Shown here in pieces: positions 35,860-48,727 of a stretch of DNA of 64,000 nucleotides. Position numbers and translations under genes: made by a program. Under the pieces are notes generated by a model, which saw only the letters and a list, made by a program, of their open reading frames with translations, had not been told where the DNA came from and did not search any database. Positions within the stretch are counted from its first letter, which is position 1. Each line of letters begins with the position of its first letter. Source of the DNA: Camelus ferus (lineage: Eukaryota); the NCBI RefSeq assembly GCF_009834535.1, contig NC_045697.1, positions 7,938,001-8,002,000 of the forward strand. The letters are read 5' to 3'.

Positions 35860-37490
35860 AGCATTTATTTTCTCTCTTTTATTTTGGATAATTCCTATTG
35901 CTGTGTCTTCAAGTTTGTTGATCTTATTTTCATGTGTGTCTAAATTGCTACTAATCATATCCAGTGTATTTTTCATTTAAGGTGTTGTATTTTTAATCTC
36001 TGCAAATTCCCTTAGATCTTTTTTTAATTGAGGTGTAGTTGATTTACAATATTAGTTTCAGGTGTACAGCAAAGTGATTCAGTCTTTTTATACATTCCAT
36101 TTTAAAGTTGGTACCATGTTTTCAAACACATTTAAATATCTGGATCTTGTTATAATATCTGTTTTAATGTCCTTTTCTATTAATTCTATCATCTCTGCTA
36201 TTTCAAGATCTATTTCTGCTGAAAATATTCTCTTCAAAAAGTCACATTTGTCTGCTTTTTTATAATCTAGTGATTTTAATTGAATAATGAAGCTTGTGAA
36301 TGCTGTGTTCTTATTGCTAGATTTTATTTTATTATTTTAAAGAGCATTAGGCTTTATCTGGCAGGTAGTTTAGTTACTTTTGCGTGAGTTTAATCATTTT
36401 GAGAATTTTTTAAGTGAAAGGCAAATGACTACTCTTTACTTTACCAAAAGATTTCCAAGTTTTAAAAAATTACAAGATTCTTTAAATTATCTGATTCCCT
36501 TGTGTTCTTAAATCAAGATTTGACTTATTGTGTTTATTCTCCAAAGTATGGTATTACTGTGATTTACTGAAAAATGGCTTATTATTCCATCCAATTGAAG
36601 ATATTTTTTATCATAGTCCTTGCCAAAGTTTTATAGAAGAATATAAATGAAATTTAATTGACTACTTAGTAAACTAGCCTTGTTAAGCAAACAGACCTTT
36701 TCTTATGTCATACAGTTCCTAGAAAATGAAAAGTACTGTTATGCCTCTGCCACCAAGGGTGATTCTATGATGAAATAAATGTTGAACACAATACCAAGTC
36801 AAAATGAGCATTGGGTTTTAAAAACCATGAAGATTGTCTTTAAAGGTTTATTATTAGAGGGGCATGAACTGATAGTAGCATTTATTATGGAAAAAAGTTG
36901 TCTTTACTCTTACGGCAGGCTCCTCTTTTATCTCTCCTAATTGTCCTATATATTCAACAGGGTGTCTCCAGAGAGGTCGCACATAGTATCCAACGCTGCG
37001 TGACCTCTGAGACTTTCTTGGCTTACAGCACCCCAGTGATGCTTTTTCCCCTTGGGAAGATTTTATTGTCTGCTTGGTGGGGTTTCACTCTTTACATGAA
37101 CAGGCTGGTATTCAGCTAAGAAGTCAAGAAGACTCCTTGTACAGACATCTATGACTCCTTTGCAATACACCTCCTTTCTCTAGGGCACTCAGTCCCACGT
37201 CCCATAGCTGCCTTGACCTTCCTTACCCTTAGCTCTGCCTCTTCTACCCAGCAAGACTGCCAGTCTGTTTGGCACCCCTGACTGCACATCTTTCTGTAAT
37301 TCCCTCCACTCAGAAAGCTGGGACGTCACAGGGCCCACCTTGTTTGTTTTGTTTCTTCAAGCATCAGGTTTTTGCCACGTGTTGTCTAACATGTTAAAAC
37401 AGTTCCTTCCTATAATTTGCCCATTTCTCTTTAGTTCATATTGCAGGAGGGTAATTCCACACTATTTCATTTAATCATGATCAGAAGCTG
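35860..37490 (-). mobile_element. Old L1M 5'/ORF1-region fragments with later insertions
   Basis: 'ctattgctgtgtcttcaagttt...atccagtgtatttttcattt' and 'ttataatatctgttttaatgtcctt'; short young L1 tail at about 36020-36085. Confidence 0.6.
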
Positions 37491-38417
37491 AAGTTAAAAA
37501 TTCCCTCTATAAGCTATTTTCCATCTCAAGTTATATCTGGTCATGTTGTACAATGTATCTTATTAGTGATGCTACAGTAAGATTAAATGCCATTAAGACA
37601 CTCAAAATGCCAAAGTATGACAATGCTCCCAAATTTAAACTGTGTTGCATAATTTCAGGAAGAATTTTAAGTTCAAAAAATGAAAAATTGATTAACTTTG
37701 CAAGTTAAAGTCCAAAGGAATTAATGTTTAAGATTCTACTTCCTTGTGAATAAAAGTTCAAGGAAATTCAAGTTTAAAATTCATCCTCCGCAGTTTCCTA
37801 TTTGGCTCAGTTTCAGCAAAACACTCTTGATGTCTGGTTGGTTCAAAATTCCTTCTGTAGCTGCCAAAAACCTCTCATTCTGTCTCTGCATCTCTTTGTC
37901 TCTGTCTGTCCATCTCTTTTTCCATCTCTCTCTCCCTCCCTCTCTGTTTTAGTTCTATGGTAAATTTTATCTTTAGCTTATTTTTCAAAGACTCTAAATA
38001 GAATTCACACTATTAAAGCACTGACCATCAGGGAATGCCATTTGTGCTATTACCATCTTCTTGCAAGGTTTTAAAAATGCGCAATAGTGGTAGCCCAGGT
38101 CACCAGGTGTTTCAAATAACTTTTCCTCCTATCTAGTATATATTTATAAATATGTCTATATCCATATTTACAACTATGTCAATAATCTATCTTTCTGGGA
38201 AACTACCATTTCTCCTTTTATCCTTGAAAACAATTATCGATGCATATATTCTTTCTAGCAACATAATGTCCACTTTTTCCTGTTTAGGCATTTTAAGTCC
38301 TTTGGCCCAGTGTCTGCTTCCACTACCTCTTGCTGTGGAATTTTTCCTAGCCATTCTTTTTCATGCACAATTTAATCCAAAGCTAACTTGGGAAGATCTG
38401 GAAGGGATGAACCTGTG

Positions 38418-38508
38418 GACAGCATCAGATTCAGGTTCTGTGGGGTCTAAACTTTATACAATTTGTGACATATTTTTACCAAAAAAAAAATATATATATA
38501 TGTGTATG

Positions 38509-38540
<32 letters not shown>

Positions 38541-38830
38541 GTGGGTGTATGGAATTTCAATGACCAAACCGTCTATGGCCTCTGATCCTGCTCCTGTGGG
38601 TAAGCACAGAGTTGGAAGGGATATTCCTAGAGTCACGGTCTATACGTGAAAGGCTAACAATACTGTGACCTTTCATGAAAAGACCATGATCCATCTGCAT
38701 ATATCCTACTCAACTCAAGCTACATGTGTCCCCACTTCACCTTCATTTTAGTTGGATCCCAAGAAACATCCATGGCAACTTTCATCCCACCATCAACTGG
38801 GGGAGAGAGAGAGAGGGCAAGTCAGAGTCT
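38418..38830. mobile_element. hAT-Tip100 element (Arthur1/MER69-like) with internal (TA)/(TG) repeat
   Basis: 'cagattcaggttctgtggggtctaaactttatacaattt' and 'atatatcctactcaactcaagctacatgtgtccccacttcacctt...ggatcccaag'. Confidence 0.65.
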
Positions 38831-40019
38831 AAATAACCAGTGATCATAACTGATTATGGCTTGAATATCTCACTTCTGTCAATTTTACAAAACATCTGAC
38901 CTTATAAACACAATGCTGGGAAGTCTCAGAGAGCTTTGGAGGGAAACTGTGCATAAGAGAGACCTTAAAACCTATGTGTCCTATCAACTTACAGGGAAGT
39001 AATTTTGTGAATTCAAGGTTAGCCCCTGGCCTAAGAGAAGAGTGCAATTTGGAGCCACTAGTCTACCACTACATGACTACTCTTGGGACTGACAATTAGA
39101 GGTTGGGGGCCACTACCTTTGTGGAGTTCCTGGACAAGTCATGTGCCTATCGTTTGAGGGGAAAGAATGTTGTTCTCTCCTCTTCCCTCTAAAAGGCCAA
39201 GAAGACACTTTCCCTTATGGTGAAACGTTTGCCTTGCCCAACCCTGCTGAGAAAAAGCTCATGTTCGTAGCTCAGGATGAAGGCACAGAAATTCGGCTCC
39301 TCTGCCGAGGCCAAGTGCAGACCTACCTGAGTCTGGGGCTAGGATCCACAGAGCAAGCTTCCTGCCTGGCCCCTGTTGAAGGCAGCGTGGGACCGGTGCT
39401 TCACAGCAACCTGCTGGGTACTGAGGCCGAGGCTTCTACAGTGTGTGGCCAAGGTTTATAGCTCCCTAGGCCTTTTATCATGGAGCCTGTAATCCATAGC
39501 TTCATTGAAATCTTCACCTTGCTGAAGCTGGTGTGTCTAACATGTGCTTGCCAGACCACAGTCTTCACGGTTTAGTTGAAGAGTCTGAACTTCTATTCCA
39601 TTTATACATCCGAAGGTTTTCACACCAAACCCCATGGTCCATATATTTTCTGAGGCTCACTTTGCATAAAACAAACGAAGCCTAGGCCCTGTTGCTTAAG
39701 GACTTGGATATAGGGTGGTGCTCCTATGACGCATACGATTGCCCTTGCAGAAGATTGTCCTAAAATGACAGAGATTAAGTTCAAATGCCCTAAGACGTAA
39801 ACCAGGTACTCAAGTGGCAGTGGTTAAAATTCAACTGAAAAAAAAAAATGTGCTTGTATCTCAGAGCACGCCTTTAAAGAGTCATGAAGCTTAAAATGTC
39901 ACATCTACATAGCAGACTCAACACTACACAGACTGAACACAAGAAAACATTTCCATGTATGGGTTTTGAACCTGAGTATCTGTTGTGTAGACCAAGCTTA
40001 GTGTTAGGAATACTAATAT

Positions 40020-40255
40020 TGGTGACATAATACCAGGGTTGTAATTCTTGCTCTGCCATTTGCTAAGTATGTGACTTCGGGCAGTTTACTTCCCTTCTCT
40101 GTGCTTCAAGAGTCTCATCATTGAAACAAGATAATGTTATAATATAGTAAGACTATGATAACATATGATGATGCTACGATATGGTGTTGTTATGAAGATA
40201 AAATGACTTCATATTTGTAAAGCACCTAACAAGTGCTTTGTAAGTGTTTGTCAAG
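40020..40255 (+). mobile_element. MIR SINE
   Basis: 'ttcttgctctgccatttgctaagtatgtgacttcgggcagtttacttcccttctctgtgcttca'. Confidence 0.85.
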
Positions 40256-40698
40256 CATACATGCATGCATACACATATGCCTACACTAATTAAATAATCA
40301 CTCAGAGCCTGTTTCTCAAAGTCCACAGCCTAACCCACCCAATGAAATGAACTCTACCTCCGAAATGCAGCTCCTTCACTGCCATCACCACCACCCTGAA
40401 GGAAGAGCCTTTACCCACCAAACTTGCTGTGTGCAACAGCTATCCGAAACCTTCAGGCCAGAGCTTCATTCTGAAGAGGCTCAGTGATTGATGTCACTCC
40501 TTCTTTCCTTAAATCTGAACAAATTGAGAAGCAAGATAAAGGCAGATGAGGCTAAAATTCTACATTTATTACTGATAAAACTGATGTGAATGATTAGCTT
40601 CTGTTTGTGATCCTGTAAGATTTCTGATACTGAATCTCAAAATTAAGCAACTCACTCATGCACATGACCATCCAGCTGGTTTCTGTACATTTACTTCA

Positions 40699-40740
<42 letters not shown>

Positions 40741-40762
40741 TGTGTCTGTGTGTGTGTGTGTG
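40699..40762 (+). repeat. (TG)n microsatellite
   Basis: About 30 imperfect TG units. Confidence 0.95.
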
Positions 40763-40821
40763 TTCCACTCTGTAGAACTTAGACCAGAAGCAGAGTAGAA
40801 TCTCTATGCCTGCAGCCCCCG

Positions 40822-41075
40822 TGTATTAGTTCATAACCCCAGGAGCTTCCTGGGCTTAATCAGAAACTGACCCCCATATGTAGAAGGCAGGAAGCAACCA
40901 CAGAAAGAGGAAGACCTTTCCAGATTGGTAGGTCGCTGGCTTAATAAAAAGGGCAACTTACTTGCAAGGCTTGCCTTGGCTGATCGATAGATTTCTGAAC
41001 TTGTCCACCAAAATCTTAACATTTATATACAGACCGTAGTGGGCTCAATGAGCTCCTTCAACCAGTGCACCCAAC
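40822..41075 (-). mobile_element. ERV LTR fragment (probably ERV1 class)
   Basis: 'aagacctttccagattggtaggtcgctggcttaataaaaagggcaacttac...aatcttaacatttatatacag' with antisense TATA/poly(A)-like motifs. Confidence 0.6.
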
Positions 41076-41199
41076 AATGATGGAAGAAGAAATGACTTGA
41101 CTATATGTATCCAATTTCTTTTTCCAAACTCACCAATCAGGAAATTCCTCATTAATGGAGAAGTGAGGAGATGGGAAGAGATCAGAAGCATTAGGCTAA

Positions 41200-41635
41200 C
41201 AGATGGGCAATCAACCGCTGCCAGTAAAACACTTGATCACAAAACACATGCAAACTCAGTGGCTAGAAACAACAGTCATTTACTCCTACCAGCCTAAAGC
41301 TCAGATGAGCACTGAATGGTGGGTGGCTGAGCCGCCACCTATAGATTTGCTTGCTGGCTGGGGCAACTCTATGTGCATTTATTCCTGGCGCCCAGGCTGA
41401 AGGGGCAGCAGAGACAGAGAAAATTCTTTTCAAGGTCATGGCAAAAGCACAAATGAGAAAGAGTGGCAGCACACAAGGCCCCTGTAGACCTAGATTCAGA
41501 TCTGACATACTGACACCTTCGCCCACGTGCCATTTGACAAAGCAAGTCACGTGACTAAGCCCAGAATCAAGAGGACACAGAACTGGAGGGAAATGGAGAA
41601 AAGTGAAGAATTGGGGCCAGTGACTCAATCCAGTT
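41200..41635 (-). mobile_element. MaLR LTR (MLT1I/J-like)
   Basis: 'aactcagtggctagaaacaacagtcattta...cccaggctgaaggggcagcag...aaagcaagtcacgtgactaagccca'. Confidence 0.8.
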
Positions 41636-41794
41636 CAAGTCCCTAAACCAACTGTCTGGTGTGCTAGGCAAAATTCCTGGTGTCAATCTCTACACTAAAT
41701 ACTGCTCGTGGCACACACACCCTTTTGGAGACCCTTACTCTAAACAAACAAAAGAAGAAAAACTAAACAGGCATCCTTGCCTGAATTAATGATA

Positions 41795-41885
41795 CCCAGC
41801 ATTTGGTACATGCTCAATAACTTTTTTAATGAATGAAAAATGAATGAATTAATGAATGAATGCATGAATAAATGAATGAATGCCG
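41795..41885 (+). mobile_element. L2 3' tail with (GAAT)n
   Basis: 'ggtacatgctcaataa...aatgaatgaa'. Confidence 0.7.
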
Positions 41886-42914
41886 AATAATTGTATGCTT
41901 TTGATTTTACTTACACTGAGTCCCATATTTGTAACACAATTATGAATAATTTAACCATTAAAAATGGTCATGAATAAAGAATCTTTTGTTCTTAATTGAT
42001 AGGTTTGTGCATTGATTTTCATAGATGCTTTTGAAAGTGTTTTTTTTTTTTTATTTTATTTCTCTGGTATCTCAAACTTTGCCTTTGCCTTCAAGATTTG
42101 TTTTGTTTTGTTTTGTTTTTCAGGCTAAATTTATCCAATCTGTCAATTTTTAAAAAATACTCTCCAGTCTTCTGTAACTTTAAAGCTTTCCCCTAACTCC
42201 TTAATCTTTTGTTTAGGACTCTGACATTTAATGATAGAGCTTTGAAATGAGAATAAATGGCCAAGAACAGAAAGCCTTAGAGCTATAGGGCCTGCTTTCA
42301 AACAGATGGAGATTATATCTCGATTTCATGTTATTGCAGTTTATTTTTAAAAACAAAAAGATGAAAAATCTATTGTAACGTAAAAGGGTAAGATAAATAT
42401 TGTGACAACGTAAATGTCAACTGTGACTGAAGGTTGACTTAGAAACCCCACATTTTTAATAAATCTGCATGTATGTGGTAAGACTACAAAGCAATTTTGA
42501 GCAAACCTCAGAATATATGAATGCATGTGAATGCAAAAGGCATCGAAACACCTGGACTGGAGGGTCAGCCCGGTTTTAATAAGCACATACTATACTCACA
42601 AGGTAGGGCTAATCCCTGTGGGTATATAAAGACCAAGGATCGCACTGCAAGGGTTTTTGAGCTCTGCCAATTACTCACTGGCCTGCAGCACTCAGCTCAG
42701 TTTGTTGAACCTTAGTTACCTCCTCCATAAAAGGGGAAGTATTACTTTTGTTTGTTCGTTTTGATTGAAAGCGAAGTCACTAACAAGCTTCTTTATAATT
42801 TGCGCATAATTTCTCCTTTCCACAGCTTACATCTGAAAAGACTTAGAAACTAAGTATAAAGCTGAAACACATATGGGCATCATGAAAATAAAACCCTGGA
42901 GGAAGGAGACCTGA

Positions 42915-43130
42915 TGTGCAAATGCGGGCTCTGGAGTCGACCGAGGTTTGAGTCAAGCCTCTGCCATTGATCGGAGCTGAGAAACAATTATTTGCTATGC
43001 GTCTGAATCTTCTCCTGGAAAATAGTGCAGTGAGATTTTTTACCTCATGGAAATGATGCGAGGGATGAAAAGGAAACCCAAGAAGTCGTAAGGACAGTGA
43101 GTGGCACACATTAGATGCTCAGTGTATTGC
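42915..43130 (+). mobile_element. MIR SINE
   Basis: 'gggctctggagtcgaccgaggtttgagtcaagcctctgccatt...gtggcacacattagatgctcagt'. Confidence 0.75.
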
Positions 43131-43723
43131 ATCACAACTGGGGTGAAATCTCCACTTGGCTCCCCAAATCCCATAGTTTTTGCTGTTTCCAGACATGATT
43201 GGGGCTTGTGGGATGATTAAGTAAAATTACCCTCAGCATTTACATCCAGAGTGACTGCCAAGCAGTAAGGACTCAACAAACTTGTATTTACTTATTAAGT
43301 AAATAGATGTAGCTCTTACTCTTTGGAAAGTTAGTAGGGAAGTACAAACACTTATTTGCATCTAGTCTTTACATTTTAATTCCTTCCAGTCACAGTGACA
43401 TTCAGAGTCAGTCTGTGAGCAAAACAGGAGATGCTGCCCTGCTGTTTTAGTTCATCATTATCTAATTCAAATCACTATTTCCTATCCAGATCACAACTCT
43501 TGTTCACTAGTCTTGGCTTTAACTAATCATGTTTAAATTGACTAAAGGAAAGGCCAGGAAGCCTTTTCTGGAAAAAAAAAAATTAGTAACAGGTAAGAAA
43601 TGACTGACTTAGCAAATTGGATGGCCAATACCCAAATCAGTTTAAAGCAACAACTCTTTTGTCAGATAGACTTTGCATCAGACAGTATGATAGGTGCTGG
43701 GCTATTGTAAAATTAAAGCAGAC

Positions 43724-43765
43724 TGTTGTTTTTTTGTTGTTTTTGTTTGTTTGTTTGTTTGTTTG
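43724..43765 (+). repeat. (GTTT)n simple repeat
   Basis: Visible directly in the sequence. Confidence 0.9.
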
Positions 43766-45128
43766 AGGCAGATTGAGGTGGTGGGCTGAGGAGAAAGAGA
43801 CATGGAAACAAAAAGCATGATGCATTCCAACATGAAAAACTCAAAGTGTTCACAACTCAAGGATTTGTCAGCATCTGATGAGGACAAGCCTTCTTAATCT
43901 GATAAGAACCAGTATTTGGTCAATTCATCAAAAATGTTTTGTTAGTGTATAAAATATTAATTTTTATTAATAATATAAATGATACCCTCATAGCTTGCAC
44001 ATGAATTTTATTTTAACTTGAAATGATTAATGTACATAGATTTACTAGTTTTAGGTTTTCCTTGGAGTCTAGATTTCTGGGCTGGATTTCTGCTTCCTGT
44101 TTCCAATGTATGCCACACCCACAGTGAATCATCTATAATTTCCAGTCTTTAAAATGAATCAGAATGTAAAGACACTTTCAAAACAAGGGGTGATTAGAAT
44201 CTAATTAAATTTTTAAAATATTTTTCTGTAGTTTACAGTTGTCTCATTAATATATGCTTGTACATTTATATTTTTAAATCAATTCTCATTTTATAAGGTA
44301 GTCTAAAATATTCAAATTAGTTTTCAAAGAAATGATGACTCTCAAGAGTTTGTTGTTACAGTTCTCTGCTTGTTGGTTTTGTATTTTATTGGTTAGCTGG
44401 TTGATTAGATGGCTGATTGATTGGTTCATTCATTTTCTGGAATTCTATAGAATAAACCCAAAGACTAAGACCTCATTAGCTGGACTTTAAGAAACTCTGG
44501 GGAATATAACACAAAAGATTTAGAGAAACTGAACCAAAGAATGAAAATGTGCACCTGGTCCAAATGATAGAATTTTGGATGCACATCTAGCCCCTATCAC
44601 AACCAGAACTGTTCTCAGTTTATTTGTATAAGATCAAGCCTAGAAAAAGGCCACCATTTTTCTCAAGTTAAAAATCAACAATTATCTATCCCCTTGTGGG
44701 AATCCTGGTTTCCCAAATCTTGAAACTTCATCTGTCATCTGTTGATCTGTTCTTTATTGCTCTAGTCTTGCCTCCTGATTACACTGGGCTCCTTCTTTTA
44801 TTCCTTCAGAAAGTGCGGTAGAATTTGCCCACATGATGTCTCTACGAGTTTTAAGTCAATTTGTAACTCGACTTATCTCCTTATGCACATAGTTATGCAT
44901 ATGTACATGCCATTAGTTTACATAATGCCAAATTGCATCATTAAATAATTATAAAAACAAGTAGAACTGACATAAGCAGGTTGAAGATAGACACAATTGC
45001 CCCTTGGTTTGCATCCATTTCAAATGTCCTTAGGATCCAAGCTGCTTGGCAGCAACAAAGAAAAGCCGGTGGTGAAACAAAGTCAAGGTTAATTTTCAGA
45101 GGGAGTTAATTGGAGGCCTGGTAAAGAT

Positions 45129-45629
45129 TGTTTTAGCTTCCTGATGCTGCTATAACAGACTACCACAAACTGGGGTGGCATTAAATACCAGATAAATATT
45201 CTCTCACAATTCTGGAGGCCAGAAGTCTGAAATCAAGGTTTCAGTAGCATCATGATTCTTCTGGAAGATCTTGAGGAGAATCACTCCCTCCTTACCTCTT
45301 CCAGCTCCTGGTGGCTGTGGGCAGTCCTTGGCTCCCTAGACTTGTGTCACAGCATTCCAACCCCTGCTTCCATCTTCACATCCTCCTCTTCCATCTTCAC
45401 ATCCTCCCTCTCCTCCATACATCTCAGATCTCCTTCTGCCTTTCTGTTGATGAAGTCACTTGTCGTTGGATTTAGGGCACACTTGGATAATCCAGGACAA
45501 TCTCATCTCATTTTTAATATAATTACATCTACAAAGACTCTTTTTCTAAATTATCACAAGGTAATATTCACAGGTGTCAGGGAGTCACTGTGGACATATT
45601 TGGGGGAGGCACCCATTCAGCTCACTACA
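45129..45629 (-). mobile_element. MaLR solo LTR (MLT1C-like)
   Basis: 'tgttttagcttcctgatgctgctataacagactaccacaaactgggg...cccattcagctcactaca'; TSD aagat/gagat. Confidence 0.9.
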
Positions 45630-45963
45630 GAGATCTTCTACTATAAAAAGAATAATTCACATTTCTCTGCTCCTCTGTTTAAAACACTTCTGAGGCTTTA
45701 ATCGTGTTTACTCCAGCTGATATATATGTCACTGCCTACTATTCTGACCTCCTCCCACATTCTCTTTGTCACTCAACACACCAGCCACATTGACCTTCTT
45801 CCTATTCTTCAAACATCATATTTGCTTTCTATCTCGAGGACATTTACCCTTGCTCTTCTTTCTCCTTGGAATCTTCTTCCAAATATTTTCATACGGCTAG
45901 CTCCTTCTCAATATGCTGGCCTCAGTTTAACATCACCCCTCATGAGAACTTCTTTGATGGTTT

Positions 45964-46368
45964 TGTATCACTCAGATACCAACAAGAAACATATGACACA
46001 CTCAAAACAGGATACGTTGAGGATTTATTTTTCCAAGAGTATAAGAAACTCACTAGTGATAGTGCAGGAACCCAGAGTAATACAGAGTGTTAAGAGATAT
46101 CAGAAGCCAGAATGAAGGATAGCTTTGTAGATTCCTAGGAACAGTGACTTAGAGAAAAGGGACAAAGCCAGCTCAAAGTCACCTTGTGCGGAGGGATCAA
46201 AAAATAAATAAATATTCAGATTTCACTTTCTTCTGATTTCTATCATCAAGAAGCCTGAGGACACCGATTAATGCAGTCTCCCTGAGTCAGCTTCCTTCCA
46301 AAGCAGAGCGTGTGGTAGGGGCAGGTAGAGAGCGGACATAGGGGGCAAACAGAGGACATCTGTCTTCA
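45964..46368 (-). mobile_element. ERVL LTR (LTR33-like)
   Basis: 'aacaagaaacatatgacacactcaaaacaggata...gatagtgcaggaacccagag...gggggcaaacagaggacatctg'. Confidence 0.55.
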
Positions 46369-46463
46369 TGTTCTCTCACTAGGTACACTATCATTCCTCC
46401 CTGTTTCCTTTTTTCCATAACACTTATTACTACATGAAATAATGCTGTCTTGCTATTTGTCTG

Positions 46464-46923
46464 TGTCGCCAAAAAATTAATCAGTTGATTTAAGAAAGAA
46501 ATGAAAAATTTTATCTAAGCTAAACTTAAGTATTATAACCTGGGAAGAACATCCCAGAAAACTCTGAGAAATGTTCCACCACTTAGAAGTAAAGCACAGT
46601 TATACATTTTTTTTGAGACAGGGCTGTACATCGTATGACGTATTACAGTTTGCATAATCCAGATCTAAGCCTCATTGTGGTGGGTCATGTGGCTCCTTAT
46701 AAGATCAAGAGGGGATATTATCTTTTAAGGAGTTGTTTTGCTGATGCTAGGAGAATGTTCTGTTTCCCAGCCGAGCAAGTATTTCTGACAGTGGGAAAGG
46801 GCTGGTCAATGCATAATGCAAACACACAGTGCACAGTGTGGGGGGAGAGGAAGCCAAAAGGCAGAGAAATGTTTTGTTTAAATTTCCCTTGTCTTGCCAT
46901 ACAAGTATGACTTTTACTTCGCA
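46464..46923 (-). mobile_element. ERV1-class solo LTR (MER41-like)
   Basis: TG...CA ends; 4-bp TSD tctg/cctg; 'atttaagaaagaaatgaaaaatttta...aacctgggaagaacatcccagaaaactctgagaa'. Confidence 0.75.
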
Positions 46924-47079
46924 CCTGTCTATCTCACACCAATATGTAAGCTCCGTGAGGTCAAGGCTTTCTCTATATTATTTACCACTCTGTCCTTATT
47001 GTTTAGGATTCTGTACAGTCAGTATACATTAGGTGTTTGATAAATATTTTATGGGAGTTTAAATAAATCAACCTACCTA

Positions 47080-47457
47080 TGTATTAGTCGGTACTCTTCA
47101 GAGAAGCAGAACCAATAGGGTGTGTATAAAGATAGACTGATGCTAAAGAATTAGCTCACAGAATCATTGCAACTGGAAAGTCCAAAACCTGTAGGTCAAG
47201 TTTGAAGGTCATCTGCTGGCAGAATTCTCTCTTGCTGGGAGGGGAATGGAGGATCAGTCTTTTGTTATATTCAAGCTTTCAGCTGACTGGATGAGACCCA
47301 TGCACATCACGGAGCACAATCTGCTTTACTCAAAGTCCACTGATTAAAATGTTAATCTCATTAAAAAATACTCTCACCAAAACATCCTGAATAATGTTTG
47401 ACCACATAACTGGGCACTATAGCCCAACCAAGTTGATATATAAAATGAACCACCAGA
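47080..47457 (-). mobile_element. ERVL solo LTR (MLT2B/C-like)
   Basis: 'tgtattagtc...agagaagcagaaccaatagg...aatctgctttactcaaagtccactgattaaaatgttaatc'. Confidence 0.9.
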
Positions 47458-47956
47458 ACACCACATCACCTTAACAAACATCCAGTTACTTTATTTTCTG
47501 ATCCCTGAGAAATATGTGTATCATATCTTCTAATCTCAATTTTATACATAGTGACTAAAACTCAGATAAATAAATGGCATACCTAATGGTCACCAATTTA
47601 TTAATTTCAGAACTCAGCACAGTTTGTACATTTTCAGTATTGATAGGAACATTTTTGAGTATTTACTACGTGCATGTTACGTCTATTATCTCTTCCCAAG
47701 GTATCATAACTTTCTGCTTTCCAGATGTGGAAAATTAAGCTTAGCATGATTAAGTAACCTGGGCTGGATACACTGGTTTTTTAACTCTCTGCTTAAAAAT
47801 CTCTGTTCTATCCACCAGCTATGGATGAATCAGCTCAAGAAGTAGAGCTCTTAAAATTTTTTTTTAATTTAAAATTTTAAAACTACATTGAAGAAACGGT
47901 ACACAAATTTCATGGAAAGTTGCATTTTGTTCTGTCGCCATATCCCCGGGTGAACT

Positions 47957-48727
47957 TGCCAGGGAACCCAACTTGGGTCTGCTCACCCTCTGAGCAGAAA
48001 AGCCAATTGACTGACACCAGTTTGTGGTAAAGAAAAGGACAGCATTTACTGCAGGGCTCCAAGCAAGGAGAACAGACAGCTTATTTTCAAAAGACCTGAA
48101 CTTCCCAATGGTTTTCAGGGGAGCATTCTTAAAGGCAATATTAGGGAGTGAGGGCCGTAGGACTCATGACTTTCCTCTGATCAGTTGGTGGGGAGGTAAC
48201 AGGGCGGTGTTTCAGAAATTTCAGTCATCAATCTTCTGATTCCAACTGGTCTGGGATCTAGTGCTTGTGACATCACCATCCTCCACTTCGGGGACTGGGG
48301 GGGTGGTCCTGGTTCCTGAAGAATAACTCAGCTATCCATCAGATTGCTCCGCATACCCCTCCATCAGGAAGAACTAGGACTCTGTTTTATTTCTGAACTA
48401 TTATAATAACTTTCCTTGTTAAACTGCTTTTCCTATGTCTCTGCATTTCCTCACTTCCGTAGTTAGTAACTAGCTGCTATGCTTGCTTTTTGGAACTCAG
48501 GGAAGACCTAGGAGATGACAGCGTTTTTCTACAAACAAGAAATGGGGGGCGTGGAGGGGTTTTTTATACCCAAGAGGTCCTGCTTGGTTTCAAGCCCCCC
48601 CCCATTTTTTTTGAGACCTCTCAATCTTGAGAGAAGCAGGTGTGGGACAAGAAAGGGAATAAAGTTTTGGATAGAGGTTAATCATAAAATCGGCTGAGGA
48701 GCTCAGTTTTAGGGGAACTTGGTTTCA
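47957..48727 (-). mobile_element. ERV1-class solo LTR with internal PPT and duplicated terminus
   Basis: TG...CA ends; perfect TSD aact at 47953-47956 and 48728-48731; cttggtttca at both 48583-48592 and 48718-48727. Confidence 0.85.

Larger units (their letters stand above)
45640..47060 (+). mobile_element. L2 3' portion split by two LTR insertions
   Basis: 'ctcctctgtttaaaacacttc', 'ccagccacattgacctt' and, after the LTRs, 'atatgtaagctccgtgaggtcaagg...taaatattt'. Confidence 0.7.

Noticed and set aside
38152..38649. 165-aa ORF, the longest in the window
   Set aside because: It runs through L1 and hAT remnants and a TA/TG microsatellite, with no protein-like features.
45252..46115. 149-aa and 129-aa ORFs
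   Set aside because: They lie within MLT1C, L2 and LTR33 non-coding sequence.
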